In this document: positions 26,467 to 31,095 of the stretch, in pieces
Numbering within the stretch: the first letter of the stretch is position 1
How the letters are laid out: every line of letters begins with the position of its first letter
Assembly (NCBI GenBank): GCA_037381445.1
Contig: JARRQT010000058.1
Coordinates: 1-31,095, forward strand
Reading direction: 5' to 3'
Origin: Calditrichia bacterium
Lineage (GTDB): Bacteria > Calditrichota > Calditrichia > RBG-13-44-9
Length of the DNA: 31,095 nt
The notes under the pieces: model-generated
Told to the model about the DNA's origin: nothing
Database searches by the model: none
The model's input: the letters and a program-made list of their open reading frames with translations, nothing else
Made by a program: the position numbers and the translations under genes

Positions 26467-27612
26467 GTGGAGATTCCTTTGAATCCGATTAAAAAAATAC
26501 TTTTCATCACCCAGCGGAATTTTCTGTTTACCATTCTGCTGCTGATTTTAATCGCCAGCCTGACCGGCGCTTTTTTCTTTTACACGATTGAGGCCAAACA
26601 GAATCCCAATCTACACTCATTTGGGCAGGCGATCTGGTGGGTGCTGATAAGCATGACCACGGTGGGCTACGGGGATGTTGTTCCCATCACGGCCGCCGGA
26701 AAACTGCTGGGAGTATTGGTTATATTTACCGGCGTGGCGCTGGTCTCGATGTTCACGGCGACGGTCTCATCCATTTTTGTGGCCAAGAAACTAAAGGAGG
26801 AACGCGGTTTGAAACAGATCACCGACAGCAATCACATCATTCTCTGCGGCTGGAACCATACCGCGGAACAGATTATTAACGTCATTTTCCAGCAGCCGCA
26901 GTCTTCCCCGGTGGTCATGATCCATCAGCTTCCCGAAGATCAGGTGCAGAACATTATGCTCAAATTCAAGGATCAGCCGCTGAAATATGTGCGTGGTGAT
27001 TTTGCCCAGGAGGAAATTTTGAATCGCGCCAATCTGGGCAAAGCGCAGGCGGTCCTGATTGTCCCGGATGCCAGTACCGGCCTGACTGCCCGCACGGATG
27101 AGAAAACCATCCTCACTGCTTTTTCTGTAAAGGCCCTCCAGCCCAAATTAAAGGTGTATGCCCACATATTGGACCGGGACAATGAGCCTTATTTAAAAAA
27201 GGCGCAGGTGGATGATTACATAATCTCTGATTCATTCTCCGGCGTGCTGATGGGCGAAATGGTGACCCACCCGGGAGTTCCTCAATCTATACAGAATCTA
27301 ATCGGAGGCGGCTCCGGAAATCATTTGGAACGAATTGCCATTCCCCAGGAGCTTTCCGGAAAAACTTTTGGAGAGTCCATTTCATATTTCCGCACGAAAA
27401 ACCAACTGCCCATTGCCATAGTCAAGGAGCAGAAATCGTTATCATTGTCCCATGTGCTGTCCGGCGATTATTCTTATCTGGATGAGTTCATTGAAAGGAA
27501 ATTCCGCGCGGCGGGGCGGAGTCTGCGCAAAGGCGAACACCTCGATGTGCGGATCAATCCGCCGGATGACACCGTGCTGGAGAAGGACAGTTTTCTGGTA
27601 GTGATTAAATAG
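26467..27612 (+). CDS. Two-TM potassium channel with a C-terminal RCK (TrkA-N-like) domain
   Basis: Pore helix AIWWVLISMTTVGYGD with an intact TVGYG filter; HIILCGWN, VRGD....L.RANL RCK segment. A TTG at 26479 after GGAG is a plausible alternative start. Confidence 0.93.
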   Translation: MEIPLNPIKKILFITQRNFLFTILLLILIASLTGAFFFYTIEAKQNPNLHSFGQAIWWVLISMTTVGYGDVVPITAAGKLLGVLVIFTGVALVSMFTATVSSIFVAKKLKEERGLKQITDSNHIILCGWNHTAEQIINVIFQQPQSSPVVMIHQLPEDQVQNIMLKFKDQPLKYVRGDFAQEEILNRANLGKAQAVLIVPDASTGLTARTDEKTILTAFSVKALQPKLKVYAHILDRDNEPYLKKAQVDDYIISDSFSGVLMGEMVTHPGVPQSIQNLIGGGSGNHLERIAIPQELSGKTFGESISYFRTKNQLPIAIVKEQKSLSLSHVLSGDYSYLDEFIERKFRAAGRSLRKGEHLDVRINPPDDTVLEKDSFLVVIK

Positions 27613-27795
27613 CCGGCTTGGCTATCGATCCAAATCTGTTAAGAGAGATATTTTATTTTGGAAAGAAGACATCTAAATGGAAATGAGCCTATGATTTTTT
27701 CTGCTTTGAGGCAGGCCATTGCATTTAAACCAGTCATGATTTGAATATCATAGTCATATTCTTCACTGGCTATGAACAACCCGGGGATAATTTTT

Positions 27796-28305
27796 ATGAA
27801 TGACAAATTGCAGTTTCTCAGCAATGTCCACCTTTTCCGGAATATCCCGCAGGATAATATCCGCGAGCTGCTGGATGCCATGGAAATTAAAACCTTTCTG
27901 AAGGGAGAGAATATTATCCGGGAAGGGGAAAGGGGAAGCAGCCTCTTTTTTCTGTTTAAGGGAAAAGTATCGGTGACCAAGAAAATGACGCTGTTCGCCG
28001 ATTCGCAGGAACTGAGCCGGGTGGACAAAGCGCTTATCAATCTGAAGGACACAGATTATGCTTTTTTCGGTGAGATGGCCCTTTTCGCGGAAAGCGAAGA
28101 GCGCTCCGCCACGGTCACCGCGGAATCGGAATGCATCCTTGGGGAACTGCAGTCTGAAATGCTGTTCCGGCTGATGAAGGATTCATCCGAGTTTGGCGCC
28201 TTGTTTTATCGCAATTTATCCAAGGTGCTGGCCGACCGTCTGCGGAATGCCAATCGTGATATCCTGAAGTTGACAACCGCGCTGACCCTGGCGCTGGAAG
28301 AGTAG
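27796..28305 (+). CDS. Stand-alone cyclic nucleotide-binding domain protein (no HTH)
   Basis: LF..I, GENIIREGERG.SLF....GKV.V, phosphate-binding cassette FFGEMALF....RSATVTA. Start is 27796 or 27772. Confidence 0.9.
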   Translation: MNDKLQFLSNVHLFRNIPQDNIRELLDAMEIKTFLKGENIIREGERGSSLFFLFKGKVSVTKKMTLFADSQELSRVDKALINLKDTDYAFFGEMALFAESEERSATVTAESECILGELQSEMLFRLMKDSSEFGALFYRNLSKVLADRLRNANRDILKLTTALTLALEE

Positions 28306-28400
28306 CCCTTGTCGAGGAATAATTTACACATCTCAAAAGTATTGGATGGCAGATAGAGTCTGCCCGAATCCTTCCGTCTATTCAAAAGACCTGTTAAAAC

Positions 28401-28437
28401 AAAAAAACGGACCAGCAATTTAAGCCGGTCCGTTTTT
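28401..28437. terminator. Bidirectional intrinsic terminator between convergent genes
   Basis: A7-CGGACCAGC-loop-GCCGGTCCG-T5. Confidence 0.8.
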
Positions 28438-28464
28438 AATGATTTCCCGTTTACCAAGATTTTT

Positions 28465-29889
28465 TCAGAGGCTGAAATAATCTTTAAACCGATAAAGGAA
28501 GTTTTTTGGGTAATATTCGCCCCGGCTTTTATTGAGAACATATTCTCCTTTATACTTCCGTTGCGCGATCAATTTCAACACCTCTATGAAGCGGTCGATT
28601 TCCTCACTCGTATTATATAAACCAAAACTGGCCCGCACCGCACCTGGCAGGTTGGAACGGTCGCCGTTCAGGATTTCTTCTTCCAACTGGCGTGCTTCAT
28701 TTTCATCCGTCCCGAGAAGGATTTTGATATAGGGATGCGCACAGAAGCAGCCGTTACGTACGCCGATGCCTCCCTCGTAATTTAGGATGGCGGCGGTCAG
28801 CGCATGGGGCACATCTTTTACATTGAATGAAATCACACCCAGACGGTTATCGACCACTTCCGGATCGGCGCTGCCGTAAACCTCAACCTCTGGGATCTCC
28901 TGCAATCTGGTCAGAATATGCCTCGTCAGCTGTTTTTCGTGTTCCGCCACCTTATCCATCCCGATTTCTTTCAGGGTCAACAGCGATTTGGCGAATGCCA
29001 CAACTCCCACCGTGTTGGGCGTGCCCGCCTCTTCCTTTTCCGGCGGCTGGTCCCAGTAGGCATAATCCAGCGAAACGATTTTCACGGTTCCCCCGCCCAC
29101 GTAGTCCGGATCTCCCTGTTCAAAGAAAGCTTTATCACCGATCAGCACCCCGGAGCCGAAAGGAGCGTAAATTTTATGCGCCGAAAGTGCCAGGAAATCC
29201 AGGTGGCCCGGATCATTCTGCTTTTTCATATCAATGGCGCGGTGCGGCGCGAGCTGTGCGGCATCGATCAAAATTTTGGTGCCGTGCTCATGGCAGATTT
29301 CCGCCAGCCGGTTCGCGTCATTTATCCAGCCGGTCACATTGGATGCGCCCGTGATGGCAACCAGCGCCACCTTCCCGCGGTATTTTTTCAATAATTGCAG
29401 CAGGTGGTCTTCGTCAAGCCGGCCATCCGGAAGCACATCGATGTGAATCACCCGTGCGTGCGCCCGCCACGGCAAGTCGTTGGAATGATGCTCCATTTTG
29501 CTGACCAGCACTACCTCATCATCTTTCACAGGAAATCTTCCGGCCAGCTTATTGATGGCCTCGGTGGCGTTTTTCCCAAAAATGATGGCGTGCTTTTCCG
29601 GTTCCGCATTGACGAAATCGGCCACTACTTCACGGGCGTAATCGTACACCTCGGAACAAAGCTGGGATTTAAATCCGGTCCCCCGATGGATGCTGCTGTA
29701 CCATTCCATAAATTCATTAACCGTTTCCAGTACCGGCTTCAGGGCAGGGGTGCTGGCCGCATTGTCAAAATTGATGTACTGACTGATTTCCCCGTTCAGC
29801 AGAGGGACTTTCTTTTCATAACCAACAATGAGCGTATGCAGGTTTTCAACAAATGATATTTTGGAGGAGGTTGTTTGAATGTTTTGCAT
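28465..29889 (-). CDS. Aminotransferase class V PLP enzyme (cysteine desulfurase / selenocysteine lyase, SufS-like)
   Basis: NFDNAAST, SIHRG, MEHHSN.LPW, GASNVTG, DAAQ, SAHK (PLP lysine), EAGTPN, RNGCFCAHP, VRASFGLYN. Confidence 0.92.
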   Translation of the reverse strand: MQNIQTTSSKISFVENLHTLIVGYEKKVPLLNGEISQYINFDNAASTPALKPVLETVNEFMEWYSSIHRGTGFKSQLCSEVYDYAREVVADFVNAEPEKHAIIFGKNATEAINKLAGRFPVKDDEVVLVSKMEHHSNDLPWRAHARVIHIDVLPDGRLDEDHLLQLLKKYRGKVALVAITGASNVTGWINDANRLAEICHEHGTKILIDAAQLAPHRAIDMKKQNDPGHLDFLALSAHKIYAPFGSGVLIGDKAFFEQGDPDYVGGGTVKIVSLDYAYWDQPPEKEEAGTPNTVGVVAFAKSLLTLKEIGMDKVAEHEKQLTRHILTRLQEIPEVEVYGSADPEVVDNRLGVISFNVKDVPHALTAAILNYEGGIGVRNGCFCAHPYIKILLGTDENEARQLEEEILNGDRSNLPGAVRASFGLYNTSEEIDRFIEVLKLIAQRKYKGEYVLNKSRGEYYPKNFLYRFKDYFSL

Positions 29890-30128
29890 GTATCTTTCTC
29901 CTGTCTTTCAAAGAGCGGCAATTGAAATATGGATTGTCAAAACCTTGTTGTTTTTTCTCTGTTTTAGCCGCTTCAGCGGTATTCAACAATCCCTGTTTCG
30001 TTCAAACCAATAATCACTACTCTTATAAACTAAATATTCGGAAATTTCTTTCGCGGAAAACAATTTAATCCTTTGTCGTTCCCCAAAAATCCATATCAGA
30101 TTTCCCGGGTCCGATGGAAAGAAACTAC

Positions 30129-30206
30129 CTATGCCCTAATTAGATACATTTTGCCTGCCATAAGTAACAGGATAACTGCAAAACTGATGAAAGTGCTTTT
30201 TTCATG
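30129..30206 (-). pseudogene. 3' fragment of an unidentified membrane-protein gene
   Basis: The minus frame reads (W)HEKSTFISFAVILLLMAGKMYLIRA*, a TM-like C-terminus whose 5' side runs directly into the livF fragment. Confidence 0.4.
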
Positions 30207-30331
30207 CCAATCTTGCGCTGAAGGTGGCACACAAGGGGTATGTCATGGAAAACGGACAGATAACACTGGCAGAGTCGGCTAAAAACCTTCTCTCAAACGA
30301 AAAGGTTAAAAAAGCGTATTTGGGATTATAG
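30204..30331 (+). pseudogene. livF: 3' fragment of a branched-chain amino acid ABC transporter ATP-binding protein (LivF-like)
   Basis: Not in the ORF track. Translates ANLALKVAHKGYVMENGQITLAESAKNLLSNEKVKKAYLGL*, the characteristic LivF C-terminus. In-frame TGA at 30188-30190 upstream; Walker motifs absent. Confidence 0.85.
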
Positions 30332-30388
30332 ACTAAAAAATATTTTACCTTTGAACAAATCGATTTCAAAGCAGCTTCATGTATAAAA

Positions 30389-30409
30389 GATTGACGATTG
30401 AAGATTGTC
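30389..30409 (+). repeat. Short tandem heptamer repeat (3x GATTGnn)
   Basis: GATTGAC GATTGAA GATTGTC. Confidence 0.6.
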
Positions 30410-30459
30410 GTAGATCCAGATTTGCCAGGGAATATCTGATGTTTATTTGAAAACCCTTT

Positions 30460-30487
30460 TTTCTATTTACTGTTTACTGTTTCCTAT
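30460..30487 (+). repeat. Short tandem heptamer repeat (4x TTnCTRT)
   Basis: TTTCTAT TTACTGT TTACTGT TTCCTAT. Confidence 0.6.
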
Positions 30488-30548
30488 TTGGTTCGAGTTC
30501 TTCCAGGAAAAATTTAATTACACCTGAAGCGGCAAGGCTTTTAAAAGG

Positions 30549-31094
30549 CTATATGTTACTTTTTTGCAAGTTCTGAAGGCGAGTGCTAAGTTTGACGGGA
30601 TAGGCTTTATGATCCTTAATCGACTTGTATCTGTCATCTAACGCGGCAAAGTTTTCTTTGAACGTTTCCTGAAGCGTTTGAAGTTGAGGATGCGGTCGCA
30701 ACAACTTTCCGTTTTCCATAACCTTTTTAAGCAATGGTTTTCCTTTGTCCATGACTTCGTCTCTTTGGCCGATGATATCCTCTAAATAGCGTCCGTTTTG
30801 ATCCGACTTTCTAAAAACCTGCTTTTCACCGGCCAGAGTCACCTTGCCCGGACTCAGTTTCCTTACGTCGCGCCCTTTAAACCGGACCATTTTGTAGACA
30901 ACATCAACAAAAGGGGCATCCGCAGAAACCCCGACTTTGGTACCCACCCCAAACGCATCGATGGCGGCACCTTCCGAAACAACCTTGGCGATCTTAAACT
31001 CATCAAACCCGCTGCTGGCAAAAATCTTAACATCATTAAGTCCGGCATCATCCAGAACCTTTCGAACCTTTTGACTCAGGCTCGCCATGTCTCC
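30549..31094 (-). CDS. pncB: Nicotinate phosphoribosyltransferase, C-terminal part (5' end beyond the window)
   Basis: Frame open to the window edge. GD of the DSGD motif, VR..LDDAG..DVKIFASSGFDE, IDAFGVGT..VSADAP..D.VYK, KLS.GK.TLAGEKQV. Confidence 0.92.
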   Translation of the reverse strand, partial: GDMASLSQKVRKVLDDAGLNDVKIFASSGFDEFKIAKVVSEGAAIDAFGVGTKVGVSADAPFVDVVYKMVRFKGRDVRKLSPGKVTLAGEKQVFRKSDQNGRYLEDIIGQRDEVMDKGKPLLKKVMENGKLLRPHPQLQTLQETFKENFAALDDRYKSIKDHKAYPVKLSTRLQNLQKSNI

Positions 31095-31095
31095 A

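Noticed and set aside
29990..30035. SAM-I riboswitch suggested by TTATAAGAG on the minus strand upstream of the desulfurase
   Set aside because: The GAGGGA/GGCCC, GCAAC and GGTGC core elements are absent.
30073..30282. 69 aa plus-strand ORF spanning the junction
   Set aside because: It is in a different frame from the recognisable LivF fragment and crosses the apparent breakpoint.
1..31095. CRISPR array, IS element, integrase, prophage or retron/RT genes
   Set aside because: No regularly spaced direct repeats or corresponding protein motifs were seen.

Overview
Bacterial chromosomal window of mostly housekeeping and envelope genes. The gene style suggests a Calditrichota/FCB-like organism, but that is inference and not database-checked. 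From left to right: a 5'-truncated GAF histidine kinase, a GT28-like glycosyltransferase, an atypical SDR, a multi-VanZ protein, a TPR lipoprotein, a secreted hypothetical coupled to dinB, an M1 aminopeptidase with a beta-barrel-like C-terminus, a second VanZ, Mrp/ApbC, rpsT, tRNA-Arg(CCG), an M14 carboxypeptidase, a dGTPase, an ExeA-like ATPase, an apparently circularly permuted polysaccharide deacetylase, a macro domain protein divergent from a CoA-binding / TMK-like / ASCH-like trio, two secreted hydrolases, a K+ channel with RCK domain plus a stand-alone cNMP-binding protein, and a class V PLP cysteine desulfurase-like enzyme. At about 30,204 there is an abrupt junction. A headless livF 3' fragment (+) abuts a headless membrane-protein 3' fragment (-), followed by heptamer repeats and a partial pncB, which suggests a chimera or rearrangement with foreign DNA. 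No CRISPR array, transposase, integrase or phage gene was seen. The best candidates for undescribed biology are the macro/CoA-binding/TMK-like/ASCH cluster, the permuted CE4 enzyme, the M1 peptidase-barrel fusion, the K+ channel-CNBD pair and two structured non-coding regions. All of these are hypotheses.
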